Shown one piece after another: positions 26,991 to 40,544 of a stretch of DNA of 64,000 nt (the stretch's first letter is position 1; every line of letters starts with the position of its first letter). Both the position numbers and the translations under genes were made by a program. Below the pieces are notes generated by a model. It saw only the letters and a list, made by a program, of their open reading frames with translations, had not been told where the DNA came from and made no database searches. This DNA comes from Eledone cirrhosa (taxonomy: Eukaryota): the NCBI GenBank assembly GCA_964016885.1, contig OZ024740.1:306714001-306778000 (forward strand), in the 5' to 3' direction.

Positions 26991-29618
26991 GGCAAACTAT
27001 ATATTCTCGTTTTCTTGATCAGAAAGACTATGAACCAGAGATTAACCCATCAGAAAAGTGCTAGTATTCACCAATGTGACATAAAATAAATACACTGGAG
27101 AATACAAGACAATGTCGTAGTCTTTTTGAATAGAAAAGGTAGAAACCTTCCCATAACCTTTGGATGCAACAGAAGATTGTGTCCTTAACAGATAGTAGCT
27201 CATATGATCTAATATTTGATAATGTTAGCAAACCTTTGTCATGCATTCTTTGGTTATGTGTGCTGAAGTGAACTCAACAATGTTTGTTGTCATATGGACA
27301 CAGACATAGCAAAGTGTTAGATTATAATAGACTAAAAAGCGATTGAAGGTGAAAGATGATAATGTTCTTTTTTTTTTTTGTTACAATTTGATCGGAGATT
27401 TTTTGATAATGGATTCTTCTGATATAGATCAGGATCTCTGTACCAAATTTTGTGAAGATTCATTGAGAATTGATAAGATTGTTTCAAACCAAACCAACAA
27501 ACTTTCACGTTTATTTATTATAAAGACTAAATCCTTCCATAAATATACAGTGATGATATTATGTTACCGTTTTTGTTATCAGTACAATTTGAAAACCAAG
27601 TCATGAGTGTACTGAAGTCTCTCTAATGATGATTTTTGTGAGATTTTTGTTGTTGGGATTTGTAACGTTGTATGATCGGTATTAAATGTACTTGGTGTTG
27701 CTAGTTTTCATTCTCCTTACGGGGTTGATAAAATAAAGTACCAGTAATGTACTGGGTAATTGCTGGCCTTGTGCCTAAAATAGAAACAATTATAAAAAGC
27801 TGCATTTCTAGTGTTGTAGTATTTCCTATGAGCTTACAAATTTCATTTGTAATATCTGTACATTGAATGCAAGATTTTATCTATTTTATGAGACAATTCT
27901 CGCTGTGAAAAAAATTTGCCTTGTCTGAAATGGTGGATGTTCTGCGTTCTGGTAGTATGCTTCTTGAATTACTGCTACATGAACGTTGTAAGAGATCGCA
28001 AGCACTTTTAGTTTCCTAAAAGTGCTTTTAATGCCGTTAATGTTGTATTGTAGAATTTTTAGATTGTTTACTAAGTTTATTTTAAATATATTCAGTGCAG
28101 ACGTATGGTGTTAGGAATGGAGATAACTTTACTTCTTGTTTTTATTTGTATTGTTGTTATCAGTCTTTTTGGAGTTTTTTCTGAAATTCGTGTAAATGTT
28201 GTTTACTAATGTTTGTATGGATATTTTGAAGACTTTCTCAGACACAATTCTATAGATTTTTTAGAGTTTTTGAGGGTAATTTATGAAATTGTTTGTTGAG
28301 CGACTGCCAATAGTCTTTTCTCGCCAGCTTGCTTTATTTTAGTAATCATTGAAGTTTTTAGTATATTTTAAATTTAAAGAAAAACATTTCCGTGACACTA
28401 AACATCTTTAAACATTGGTATGGTTTGTTTTGTTTCAGATTATCCCGAAAGATGTTAAAATTTGTAATTCGCTTGACTTTCAATTTCCACATACAGATAG
28501 CTTGAAAGGGCTTGGAATAAAAAAATTTAGCATATTTTTTCTCGGTTTCAACTGTTAGGTGGAATTTCCTAACAGGAGCAGTTTCCTTACTAAGACTGTG
28601 GGATGAGCATCGCTGTCTCTAAAACAAGCAGCTCAGCTGCATATGAGAACTCCAGCGAAACTGTCACTCAATCTCAGTTGTCAACAAACATTGCTCTGTG
28701 CGGCCGGCATGTATAGGCACATGTAGATACTTCCAACAGTATCCTGACCTGCTCGCGTCGCCAAACTCTTCATGACTACTTAATCTCAGAAGTCAGGCAT
28801 CCGCATCTAAGGAGATGATATCTGTACAGAGAAACTTTAATGTGGTGTTGGGTGTGCACAATTCCCAATATCTTGGACGTGAAGGAATATAGATCTAGTA
28901 GCAAAGGCGATCTAAAACGATTCGTACCTACTCCCAGTTGCAAGAGATTGCTGAAAATATGTAAAAAAAATGCCATAATTCTATCCACCTCAGTGTGTAT
29001 TCTCTAGCCTTTGTCTTCCAATGTAGTGAGGCGTTGGTTGACAAGTGCCAGGATATGTCCATCAGAGAGGGACGGCACACTTTATCTCTGGGACCCATTA
29101 ATGCTGCGAGATCTCCAAAACGTGTTATATACCGCGGCTGCAAAACAAACACTTGCCGTGTGTAGCTACGGGATGTCTCTCACAAGTGTTGTTAAAAGAG
29201 AGGCTGTTGGTTATTACCCAGTTCCCAACAAGAGATAGCTATCAACAGCAAGCTGTAAGCAAAGGTTTGCAAAACATGTGTGAAGTAACTATGTATATAT
29301 CCCTACTATTCACTACTACACTAGACACATCCCATTAACTTGTAACATGCAACACACGCGCGTGCGATACACGCAACATACGCAGAGAAAGAGAGAGAGA
29401 GAGAGAGACTAGGGGAGAGGGAGAGAGTGAGAGAGAGAGAGAGAGAGAGAGCAAGGGAGTGGGAGAGAGAGAGAGAGAGAGAGAAGGAGACCAACTCGCA
29501 GATGGAATAAATAGATCGGATTGTAATTATTAAAAAAAAATTTTTTTTTATAAAAACTGAAAATTGGTTCCAGATTCTTTTGAAAGACGTCTTTCTCAGA
29601 CGTATGCACACCACCACC

Positions 29619-29661
<43 letters not shown>

Positions 29662-29904
29662 CCACCACCAATCTCACCTTTATTACTGCCATAGCCAACT
29701 CTCCATCCCCCAAGGCACATTCCAGATAATCACGACTAACCCATCCCTGTATAGCCCTCCCCACCGGTCGACGCCACTTCACGTACAATCACTGTCACTA
29801 CGGCTGTCACCCTTCACCACCACCATACTCTCCCGTAGAACAGTGTTGCAATTCTTCTAATCTTTTACCATTGTTTCTAAAAAGAGTAATTACTATTGGT
29901 ACGG

Positions 29905-30355
29905 ATTGGCAGAATCATTAAAGCGTCAAGGAAATGCTTTGCAGCATTTAGTTCTGGCCCTTTACCTTCTGAGTTCAAATCCCGCTGAAGTCAACTTTGC
30001 TTTTTGACCTTCCGGAGTCGATAAAATAAAGTACTGTGGTTGATATAATCGATTTTCTCCTCCCTACAAATTGTTGGCCTTGTGCCTAAATTAAAAACTA
30101 TTATTACAGCTGGTGGTTGAGTTCAAATCCTGCTGAGGTTAGCTTTGCATTTCATCCTTAAGGGGGTCGATAAAATAAAGTACCAGTAACGCACTGAGGT
30201 CGGTTTGATCGAATTTCCCCTCTCCCCAAATTACTGGCCTTGTGCCTAAATCAGAAACCATTATTACAGCTAGTGGTTGAGTGCAAATCCCGCTGAGGTT
30301 AGCTTTGCCTTTCATCCTTACGAGATCGATAAAATAAAGTACCAGTAACGCACTG
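29905..30355 (+). mobile_element. Three tandem SINE family A units
   Basis: GAGT(T/G)CAAATCC at ~29971, ~30119 and ~30279. Units are joined by TTATTACAGCTRGTGGTT. Confidence 0.85.
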
Positions 30356-30849
30356 ATGGTGGTAGTGGGTTATGGTGATGGTTGTGATGGGGGAGCAGGT
30401 GATCACGGTGCTGGTTGTAGTAGTAACTGTTGTAGTTTAGACCCTGATCAACTCTGATGTAATCAAGCAGACGTACGACCAAAAGGCTTTCCAGCCGTGA
30501 GCATCCTGCTTTCGTCTTGTATTTCAGATATAGTGTATCTAAAATAACACTGTTCTTTTTTTTTTTTTTTTTTCTCTTTTTTCAGACGGTAGGATATGAT
30601 TGATTTTAGGGAGATTTTGTTGCTATTTTCATGGTTCGTGTAGCGGCAGTTCTTAACAGCTGTATTAGATAAATGAAAGTAATGATAGTAAAAAAGGATG
30701 ATAATGTTTGTGCTTTTACGTAATGCGCGTTTGAGCTCGTAATGTCCAGCCTACTTTTTATAAAACATGCTCCATCTTTTATTAACGAAATACCTTCAAT
30801 TATTATACCACAAGATCTTCCCAAACATTTATCTTTAGATTTGTTGCTG

Positions 30850-31460
30850 TTGTTGTTTTCCTTCAGGTTGTATTTTATGCAGTCTTTGAATCTTTGTTAA
30901 GGCTTTCTTTGCGGAATCTTTCCTATATCCAGTTCGCCGTAGAAAAGTTTTGGGAGTCGTTTATTGTTCATCCGCACAACTTCCCTTGTCTAACCTTATC
31001 AACTAATAATAAACTGTGATTCAATGGAGGGTCAATTTTTTGGCTGAACTTCGGTGTTTGATACAAATGTCTGCTCACTGAAATTGAATATATGACTCAA
31101 ACATTTTTAATGAAATTACCCTAGCAACTTGAATTCTCGATTGTACGTTGTCCACGACTTTGGTGATTACAGAAGAACCATCATAACACATGTCTTATAC
31201 ACATAGACCTTAGTCCAAATGGTGATGCTACGATCTGACCATATCTTATATTCCAACTTGTCAAAAGCCGTGATAGCTTTTTGAATTTGTCACTTGATTG
31301 GTTACTCCAAAGATTTGAGAATGTGTCCACAATTTCTAATCTAGCGTCGTTCACGAAGATGTTTGGTTTAATGGACACACCTGGTGTGTGAGTAAACATT
31401 ACTTTTGTTTATTGCGAAGTCAAATGCAAAACACATGCCGCTAATAATAGACCCATTATA
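30850..31460 (-). pseudogene. Decayed RTE LINE fragment
   Basis: PNIFVNDARLEIVDTFSNL and a downstream RTE-like C-terminus with stops and frameshifts. Confidence 0.65.
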
Positions 31461-31577
31461 AGTTGTCCCTCAAACAGATGATCTAGAAAATCAGTTCCCG
31501 ATAGTAAAATAGATAATAGATTTAATAAAGTCCCCCAAGAAACTCATCTCAGTAATAACGTCTTTGAGGAAAACAAG

Positions 31578-32320
31578 TACTCTCGGGTCCCAAATAATAG
31601 GAGGGTGGAATAAACGGGGGAGTTGGAATAAATGGGGTGGGGTAGAATAAGCGGAGGAGTTGGAATAAGCGGGGGTGGAATAAGCGGGAAGGCTGGAATC
31701 AAAGGAGGTTTGGAATAAGCGGGAGTGTGTGTATGTGTGGGGTCGGTAATTTTTCTAGGTTGTCTCCATTGATTTTTAAAAACCAGAATTAGTCGTTTAG
31801 TTTACATATTGAGACCCCCAACTCATCCTATTTATTTTATAAGGTATGGGATTTCTAATAATTGTTTCTACTTTTGGCACAAGGCCAGTGCATTACTGGT
31901 ACTTTATTTTAGCTACCCCGTAAGGATGAAAGGCAAAGTTAACCTCGGCGGGATTTGAACTCAGAATGGCAAGGGCCGTAACTCTATGCGTCAAAGCATG
32001 GTGTCCGACCCTCTACCATATTGCCAATCCACCGCCATTGGTCAGATCGAAGCATTACCATTTGGACTAAGGTCTGTGTGTATAAGACATGTGTTCTGAT
32101 GGGATTTCTAATAATGTAATTCTTTGTCATGTATAATGTTTTTTAATGTATAAAGAAAATAAATTGTCAAAGGAATGCTACCACTTAAAATAAAATTTCG
32201 CCGGAGATAGATTAGCAAAATTTAATTAGTGGGGGTAGGGTGTTAGAATAAAAGCGGGTGGAAAAAAATCTGAAAAATTAATAAGTGGGGATGGGGACGA
32301 TTATTCGAGACCCGAGAGTA
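31578..32320 (+). mobile_element. TA-flanked MITE (Tc1/mariner-like) with a nested SINE insertion
   Basis: TIRs TA|CTCTCGGGTCCCAAATAAT ... ATTATTCGAGACCCGAGAG|TA. Same family as 36254-36699 and 63673-64000. Confidence 0.85.
31857..32036 (-). mobile_element. Near full-length SINE family A nested in the MITE
   Basis: Minus-strand tRNA head (TGGCAATATGG ... GAGTTCAAATCC). Flanked by a duplicated ATGGGATTTCTAATAAT at 31846 and 32099. Confidence 0.85.
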
Positions 32321-32747
32321 TATCCATCAAGTCCTATCACTTTGATAGGTAGGCGTGGTGAAAATATTTCACAAACCCACAAATACATTACATATAAAAA
32401 AATATAGACTATCGTATAAGGTGCTAAGAAGAAACATACACACATTCCTGCCCTCCCAATATTACACAGAGAAGACAGTTCGGAATGTAAGTGAAAGATC
32501 TGACGTACATTGGCGCAGTTATATCGAGAGAATCTACATCAATATTTTACCAACATGCACCAGATAAACAGGATATTTCAATCAATAGACTCAATGTGAA
32601 TATCATACCTACACATCCTTATTACTCAATGATAGAACAGATAACTAACTCAATCAGTTGGTATGCCAGATTACGAACTTAAATATAAATTCGAATAGGA
32701 AACTACCAAATATTCCTTCTCGTCATTAGATCAGTTGATCAATTCCA

Positions 32748-32793
<46 letters not shown>

Positions 32794-32802
32794 TTATATA
32801 TA

Positions 32803-33015
32803 TAGGGGGCCCAAAAGTCACACGGGTTTTTATTTTTTATTAACTTCCTGAATTGTACAGATTGATGTATGAAATTTTGATACAACTTAAAGGACATAAT
32901 GGAAATTATTTTACACTCGTCAATCCTTGTCACACCTCTACATTACTCATGAAAAGAAAATTAAAAATTATAAACAGTTGTGACCCCTGTGTGACTTTTG
33001 GGCCACCCTACCCTG
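32803..33015. mobile_element. Small Tc1/mariner-type MITE
   Basis: TIRs AGGGGGCCCAAAAGTCACACGGG / CCCTGTGTGACTTTTGGGCCACCCT, in TA context. Confidence 0.7.
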
Positions 33016-33114
33016 TATATATGTATGTAAAAGGTAAACAGAAATAACAACACAATCAGTACAGTATATGAAAGGAATATATTAGGCCAACGCTTGAAAT
33101 AACAAGAAGAGGGT

Positions 33115-33148
33115 CTTAACATTTCGGACGCTAGTCTTTCATCAGAAG
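33115..33148 (-). ncRNA. Degenerate minimal hammerhead (Penelope-type)
   Basis: Minus strand CTT|CTGATGA|AAGAC-TAGC-GTCC|GAAA|TG|TT^AAG. Probably derived from GAAACGTT by CpG decay. Confidence 0.6.
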
Positions 33149-33243
33149 AAAGAATGAGAAATTAAAAAGATTTAAGGGACGGGCGGGGCGGAATCGGAAA
33201 AAAATATTTTTAGAGAAAAATAACAGGCCCATTCATGTTGCCA

Positions 33244-33326
<83 letters not shown>

Positions 33327-33555
33327 CAGGATAGAACCAGTTTAAAACTAGTTAGCCCATTACTCAACAGAGTACTCGATATTTGGGGAAGCATGGCTAT
33401 ATTATAAAGAGTCGGGACCCAACTCTTGCCGTTTCAACAGCTAGTTCCAGACTCTGGAACTAGCTCTTTATAATATATATATGTGTATATATATGTGTGT
33501 GTGTGTGCGTGTGTGTATGTGCCTGTATGTGTGCATGTGTGTGTGCGCGGGTATA

Positions 33556-33744
33556 CAGGTGAAATTCCGTTATAACGAATACCATTATAACGAATTTTTC
33601 AGTATAACGAACATTTTTTTCAATCTCCGAGGTAATAACAAACAAAAGCTCGATTTGTTTCGGTCGATCTCGTTATAAAGAATTTTTCGTTACAACGAAT
33701 TTTTTTTAATACTCCGTGAATTTGGTTATAATGGAATTACACTG
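33556..33744. mobile_element. Tigger/pogo-like MITE
   Basis: TA|CAGGTGAAATTCCGTTATAAC ... GTTATAATGGAATTACACTG|TA, with internal TATAACGAA repeats. Confidence 0.8.
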
Positions 33745-33892
33745 TAAATGTATATATAAATGTGCTTGTGGTTGTGTGCGCACGCGTGTTATATGTGTAC
33801 ATACTTTATCTACTCATCTATTCACCTACATATTTATTTACTCTCTAAATGTTATTTTACTTTACCCCATTCCTTTCATTAAATACCAAAGA

Positions 33893-34715
33893 TAATAATA
33901 GTAATGATTTCATTTATTGGTCACAAGGGCCGACATGTAGAGGACAATACAAAGACAGGGACAGTGGGTGTTTACAATAAACTCGAGTAAAAGTGCAGAA
34001 TGGCAAGACTAATTTAACAATGAAGACATAAAAAATATATAAAATAAACTATGCATAAATATAACAAAATAAATTCCCCAATATGAGGGTTGGACGACTC
34101 AGGTGTGACTCAGCTACTCCACTAATCCTGCACCACCCTGCGCTTCTAGGGCACCCGGGGAGAGCACCCCTCTCCTCAAATTAGCCAGCCTATAGGCGCA
34201 TGGTCAGAGTAGGCCCACTCATACGGGCCATTCTCGCCACATTCATCCACCTTTTAGCAAATGTACGAGGGGGGGGGGCACTTCTCTCTCTCCCCCCTCA
34301 CCTTCCTTTCCAGGTGAAACTTGAAGAAGTTGATGAGGGATTGGCCGAAGACAATAATGACAACTGTAATAACGGTAATAATAATTTTTTAAAAAGGGAA
34401 GAAAGAATAAGGAAAAATGAGAAAAAGAACGGGAATGGGGAGGGTATGGCAAGAGTTCTGGTATCGCAGAAGAGAGGAGAGGGTGATTGGGCTTTGGGGC
34501 TAGGGCAGAAGTGCCGCGGACAAGACAGCAAAAGAATTCCCGCGGACGATGGCCAGTGACACCCGTTGCAACAGCCACCCAACCTCGCGAAGATTCCTCC
34601 GCAGCCGGGGCGCCGACGCTCCGATCTTGCAAAGGAGCTCGGCAGTACAGGGTCCAAGTACGCCTGAGGTCTTAACGGCGACTGGTGCGCAGAGGAAGCG
34701 GCCTGACAAACCCCG
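33893..34715 (-). mobile_element. CRE-clade non-LTR retrotransposon 3' end (restriction-like endonuclease C-terminus plus probable 3' UTR)
   Basis: Minus strand FLCAPVAVKTSGVLGP...WLLQRVSLAIVRGNSFAVL (34500-34709). The left boundary is uncertain. Confidence 0.7.
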
Positions 34716-34814
34716 GTATTTGTTTATTTTACTTTCTTCTAATTATCAGTTGATTTAGTTCATGCATTTCTACATAAAACCTTTTAAAACTCCTTATGAT
34801 ACCCGTGCGAGTGC

Positions 34815-35052
34815 GTATGTACGCTTGTGTGTATGTGTGCTTGTATGTGTATGTACTTGTGTGTATGTGTGCTTGTGTGAATGAGTTCTTGTGTGTATGT
34901 GTGCTTGTGTGAATGAGTTCTTGTGTGTATGTGTGCTTGTGTGAATGAGTTCTTGTGTGTATGTGTGCTTGTGTGAATGTGTGCTTGTGTGAATGAGTGC
35001 TTGTGTGTATGTGTGCTTGTGTGTATGTGTGCTTATGTGTATGTGTGCTTAT
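34815..35052. repeat. 16-bp (TG)-derived minisatellite GTGTGCTTGTGTGTAT and variants
   Basis: Read directly. Confidence 0.85.
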
Positions 35053-35239
35053 GCACATACCTAAACTACACACACTTTACCACAAGTTACCTTCCCATAT
35101 TCACTTAATTATCTATTTTTAAGCCCTTAAATTTTATTTTATTTTATTCTATTTTATTCTATTTTATTCTATTTTATCCCATCCACCCATTTACTTACTA
35201 ATTCATTTAACAGACATAAGTTATACAATGATGGAAATA

Positions 35240-35990
35240 TTTAAATACAAGATGAAAACAAAATTAAGTAATGAAAAAATGAAAAAAGGGGTAAAGAATA
35301 GCAGATCTGACTGTATAGGAAAGTAGAGGAAAGGACTATAAATGCCATAAATGAGAGGAAAGGGAGGGAAAGAACAAGGGGTATTGGAAAAGGGAAAGGG
35401 CTATTAGGCAGGGAAAGGGAAAGGGCTATTAGGCATTGGAAAAGGGAAAGGGCTCTATACCTAGGTTGGAGGGCGGTGTTTCGGCTGCGCCCCGCGGACA
35501 ATGGTCTGCGACACCCGCTGCAACAGCCACACCACTTCGCGGGGTTTCTTTCTCAGACGGGCTGCTGGCGTTCTGATTTTGTGGAGGAGCTCGGCTATCA
35601 GGAGTCCGAGGGACACCTAAAGTCTCGACGGTGACCGGAACCAATATACTCATTTACTTCTGGAGATTGTTCAGGTCAGCAGTTTCTGCTCCAGTTGGTA
35701 AATGCTACCTACGAGCGAGTGTCTGGCAAAGAGATGCAGGGAGATTGTCGAGTCCAAGTCAGCTGATGAACAGTGCAGTTTTCGCCCCGGGCGCAGCACA
35801 GCCGATTAAATATTAAGTAATGAGAAAAAAGGAAAGGGGTAAAGAAGAGTAGATCTGGCTGAATGAGAAAGTAGACGAAAGGACTATAAATGCCATAAAT
35901 GAGAGGAAAAGGAGGAAAAAAGTAAGAACTCTTGGGCAACAGAAGAAAGAAGGGGAAGGGGTGAGGGTGATGGGCTCTGGGCCTAGGATA
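35240..35990 (-). mobile_element. CRE-clade LINE fragments with a duplicated 3' UTR segment
   Basis: ILVPVTVETLGV...LLQRV(A)..IVRG on the minus strand. ~35264-35360 is repeated at ~35812-35910. Confidence 0.65.
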
Positions 35991-36253
35991 TTATGGGAAA
36001 CTTTGAACATCTAAAAAGTAGAAAAAAGTAAAAAAGGTAATCTGTGTACAATCTGACAAAGTAAATTTTAAAAAAGTATGTCGAACTTATGTATTATATA
36101 GAGATGCAGAGAATGATAACAATGTAGCATTAACATGCTACATGTCTTGAAATGTTCGTTAACGAAAACCTATGTGAGAACATGAAAAGCCATCACGCTA
36201 GATAGTGTTATACCTCTTAATTTACATGCATAAAAACAATATTCTTGGTTGTG

Positions 36254-36699
36254 TACTCGTGGGTCCTAAATAATAGCAGGCGTGGGTGGACTGAAATAAG
36301 TGGGGGAATTGGAATAGTGGGGGTAGGAATTTTGGAAAATCGTTAATTTTTCTAGGTTATCTTCGTTGTTTTTTAAAAAAATCAGTACCAGTCGCTTAGT
36401 TTACGTATTGAGACCGCAACCCATCCTATTTATTTTATAACGTATGGGATTTCTAGTAATGTACGTTTTTTTGTCATGTATACTGTTTTTTTTTAATGTA
36501 TAAAGAAAATTAACTGTCGCAGGAATACTACCACTTAAAATAAAATTTCGCCGGAGTTAGATTAGCAAAATTTAATTAGGTGGAGCTAGATTAGCAAAAT
36601 TTAATTAGGTGGAGGTTGGAATAAAAGCGGGGGTTGATGAAAAGAAATCTGAAAAATTAATAAGCGGGGATGGGGACGATTATTCGAGACCCAAGAGTA
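36254..36699 (+). mobile_element. MITE, uninterrupted copy of the 31578 family
   Basis: TA|CTCGTGGGTCCTAAATAAT ... ATTATTCGAGACCCAAGAG|TA. Confidence 0.85.
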
Positions 36700-36844
36700 T
36701 GCAATAAGATGAAGATAAAATGTGTATCGCTTAAAACATTACACATTTCAGTTACACTAATGATATGTATGTCTATAAAGTACTATTTGGTTCAGAGAAA
36801 AAAAATATTAGTGTGTTTGGGCCGTCTAAAGCCTGTTTCAAGCC

Positions 36845-37066
36845 AGACTGGTGCTTATTCTGGTTTCCTGAGAGTGCAAAACTTTCCCTGGACAGGACGC
36901 CAGTCCATCGCAGGATTAAACCCTAACTATTGCTGGTACTCATTTTCAGCTGAGTATACTGGAGCAACGCGAAATGAAGTGTTTTGCTCAAGGCACAACC
37001 CAGAAATCGAACCCACAACATTCTGATCATAAGTCCAACACCCTTACCACTATGCCACGCGCCTCC
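36845..37066 (-). mobile_element. CORE-type SINE family B
   Basis: Minus strand GGCGCGTGGCATAGTGGTAAGGGTGTTGGACT...GTTCGATTTC...CCTTGAGCAAAACACTT. Confidence 0.85.
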
Positions 37067-37639
37067 TTAGAACAGTCGAATTATTAAATCAAATATACCA
37101 AAAAATTAAGAAATTATGTAATGGTGATGACAATAGATGCAAGATAATGAAGAAATGTGAGACATCAAAACACGGAATAAAATAACTTAAATAGGGAAAG
37201 GTGACTAATTCAGATATGAAGTTGTACTATAAATCTTACAAATGATAAAATAGATAGTCTTAAGAAAACATTTAAAATAAAATTCTTAATATTGTGGTGA
37301 TTCTGTGTATATTGAAGCTTTTCATATATTTTTTTAATGTGGGAGTGTATATTTTAAGTTATTAAAATTACATCAAGGAAGTTAACTTTTATATAAGCTT
37401 TAAATGCGAATAAAAAACCTGAATTTGTGAAAAAACTATGGATGTTGCTAGAGAATATGTAAGTGCTTTGGGAGTTAATGCTACGTAATAAAAACAAACT
37501 ATCATCTGGATATAAACTACCAAGAACAGACATGAAATGAGCGTATAAGCACTTTTAAAATATGCAATCTACCTGACGTCAGTTGAAGCTTTTAATCTAA
37601 TAGTGACGTCGAGGGGTACAATATTACATTTTTTCATCA

Positions 37640-39030
37640 AATTGTTCTTCTTCTTGAGAGGCTCGTGGGGCAGAATCCTCAAATACTCCTTCCAACGGAG
37701 ATGCACGAATACCGAATTGAAAATAGCGTGTTTTGCTTTTACACCTACCTCCCTTTTGATTACTGAATACTGAAGCTGGAACATTACTGCATTTCATTCT
37801 TACACTTAATTCAGCCTCCTGCCTTCCATCCCTTGTAAACACGGGCCCGAGATACTTGAACTTCACCTGCTTCAGTGGAACTCCATTCACATGTCGAGTG
37901 CACTGCCAGTGCCGGATTTAAGACAAATGAGATCCTGTTCTAGTTAAAGTTATGAAGTCCCAAACATTTAAAAAATACATCGTAAAAAATGTTTTAGGCA
38001 GGTAGATCTCCTCCCCCATTGTGCATTAAGCACAATGGTCAATCCGGCACTGTACACTACGCAGGCTTCCTTGAGACGACGAGTTTCTCAGGCATCACAG
38101 CACTGATTTTCATTCCAACCATGCAACTACTACTTTGACGCTAAACTCCGCCAGTTGCAGGCTGCGCATCAGCATGAGATATTTTTCTCCACAAAGTTCG
38201 ATCACCAACAGCAGAGTTTAAAGAGCAAAGATCAAGTCCAGTCCATAAGTTGACATTATTAAGCCATCGTTTTGGCTGCCGGCCTCTGCTTCTCTTACCA
38301 GCCAAACTTCCTTCCAGGCATAACCTACTCACACTACGAGTTGATCTTTTTATATGACCGGTATCAAATCTATCATGTACACGTCGGAGATCATCTTCTG
38401 ACGAGTTAAGTAATACCATGTCGTCTGCAAATTGTAGCCGACTGATCCTATACCTACCAGTTGTGATACCAGTTCCATCCCAACAGCGCATGTCAATCCT
38501 GTTCATGAAGATTATGAACAAGAGAGGTGAGAGTACGTACCCTTAGCAGAGTCCGACTCCCACATTGAATGGTTTCGATTTAGTACCATTTATCCGAACA
38601 CAAATACTCAGGTATTCATATAGAGACATCAGGGCAACAAGAAGCTGTCCATTGATCTCATTCTCTTGCAGAACCTTCCACAGAAGGTCTCGTGGAACAC
38701 GGCCATATGCCTTTTTGAGGTCTACAAAGCAATAATACATCTCTTGGCAGTACTCGCACGATTTCCCAAAGACCTGCTGTAGTAGGAATATTTGGCTGGT
38801 TGTGTTGCATCAGGTGTGAAAATCACATTGTTCATCAGCTAAGACACTTAGCATAGATTTTACCGGGGAGGTAATAATTGTCTCCCTTTTTGAAAATTGG
38901 AATTATCACTCCCAATTACCATTGCTTAGGTACCTTTACAGAGATCCAGGCCACCCAACACACATGAGTCAACCAGAGAACACCTTTTCAATTTAAGGCT
39001 TTTAACATCCTCGGGTCGAATACGTATTCC
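37640..39030 (-). pseudogene. Decayed RTE-type RT with nested insertions (hAT MITE and a second LINE 3' end at ~38140-38360)
   Basis: CFVDLKKAYGRVPR, RLQFADDMVLL and VPLKQVKFKYLG lie in different frames. The inserted segment reads LEGSLAGKRSRGRQPKRW. Confidence 0.85.
37907..38052. mobile_element. hAT-type MITE
   Basis: TIR CAGTGCCGGATT / AATCCGGCACTG. The 8-bp flanks TGCACTGC and TACACTAC match at 6 of 8 positions, a decayed TSD. Confidence 0.8.
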
Positions 39031-39567
39031 CAAGAAGAAGAAGAAGAAGAAGAAGAAGAAGATATTGTTTTCAGCCTTTAAGAAATTTAAGATATTTTAA
39101 GAAGTATTTTCATTTATGGCGACGGTGACAAAGGGACAATAATATTGAACGTTTGTTTACAATATGACTTTTATTTTCGTCAGCGTTAACAAAACGGGCT
39201 TAAAGATAACATCAGTTGTACAGATAGTATCAATTCCGATAGACGTAAAAACTATTTGGTTCACTGTACCATTAAATATATGTATCACTAGAAATGTCTT
39301 TTATTTATTAGGTAAACACTCACAGGGAATCATAATTATTACGAAATTTGCATTCGAAATAACGATGAATTTCGCTTCAATTGTCTACATAATTTTGCAA
39401 CAGAATTAGCATACATGTGTAATAAAAAGCGTGAACAACTTTCTCTATTCGATACTCCCTGTACATCAATGGTCTTAACCCCGTATATTGTCCATTTAAT
39501 AATCCATGTCTTTCGAAATCAATAGTTCACTGTGCAAAAGTATTTACTGTGCCTAAAGAATATACTA

Positions 39568-39852
39568 TGGACGCGCGTGGCCTAGTGATAAGGGCGTTGA
39601 ACTTACGATCGTAATGTTGTGGGTTCGATTCCTGGGCTGGGTTGTGTGTTGTGTTCTTGAGCAAAACACTTTATTTCGCGTTGCTCCAGTATACTCAGTT
39701 GAAAAAAAGTACCAGCAATAGCTGGGGGTTTAACCCTGCGCTAGACTGGTGTCCTGTCTAGGGGAAGTCTTGTACTCTCAGTCGCTTCACGCCAGGAAAC
39801 CAGGATAAGCACCAGTGTGACGAGCCTCCTGTCTTGAGACAGACTTTAGACT
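39568..39852 (+). mobile_element. Full-length CORE-type SINE family B
   Basis: A-box GTGGCCTAGTGA, B-box GGTTCGATTCC, GTGTTCTTGAGCAAAACACTT core, (GACTT)-like tail. Confidence 0.85.
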
Positions 39853-40544
39853 TAGAAAAATTATACTGGAAGAGCTGAAAATATATTAAAAGGATGATTT
39901 AATTAGTGTTTGCATTTTATTTAAAAGTCCAGAAAACTCTCTGAACACTTGTTTATCAAAATGCATCTGGTATTTGAAAAAATAATAACGTTAAGAATTA
40001 GAAAATTGTCTGGAATATATTACATGTTAAATCTTATAAATAGTTTAACGACTATTGTGACATTTGCCTCTTGGAGAAAATGAATATATGTTTCATAAAA
40101 ATTCTGTCTTGAATAAGCGTTCACAACTGATCTTTTTGTCGCCATAAATGAGAGTATTTCTTTTAAAATATTTTGAATTACCAAACGTCTGAAAGCCGTG
40201 TCGTCGCGTATTATATGCAATTTATATCGTTAGAAAACAGACAAGCGAAAACTCTAAATATTTCTTCAGATCATGTGAATAAAAATTCGTTATTTTTTAT
40301 CATCATATAGCAAAAAGTGAAGCCAACAGCAGATTGCCATACACGACAAAGATTCTTGACTACATCAAATAGTTTTGTATTGTTCACGTGCTCATTTAAC
40401 ATTTTATTTTTTTATTTTTTGTAGTTGATATCGTATATAGATACCAAATTGTCTAATGTATTCAACTGATTGCTTGAAAGTCGATAAAGTGTGAAACTAA
40501 TAGTTGCAATGTAAGTTATTTCAGCTTAAATATTTCAGTGGTGG

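Noticed and set aside
27600-29300. Possible decayed Penelope GIY-YIG/RT or transposase sequence
   Set aside because: Only vague peptide hints on manual translation. BLASTX would be needed.
39568-39645. tRNA gene candidates (also at 8356, 9021 and ~37000)
   Set aside because: A and B boxes are present but they run into SINE bodies and lack a full cloverleaf acceptor stem.
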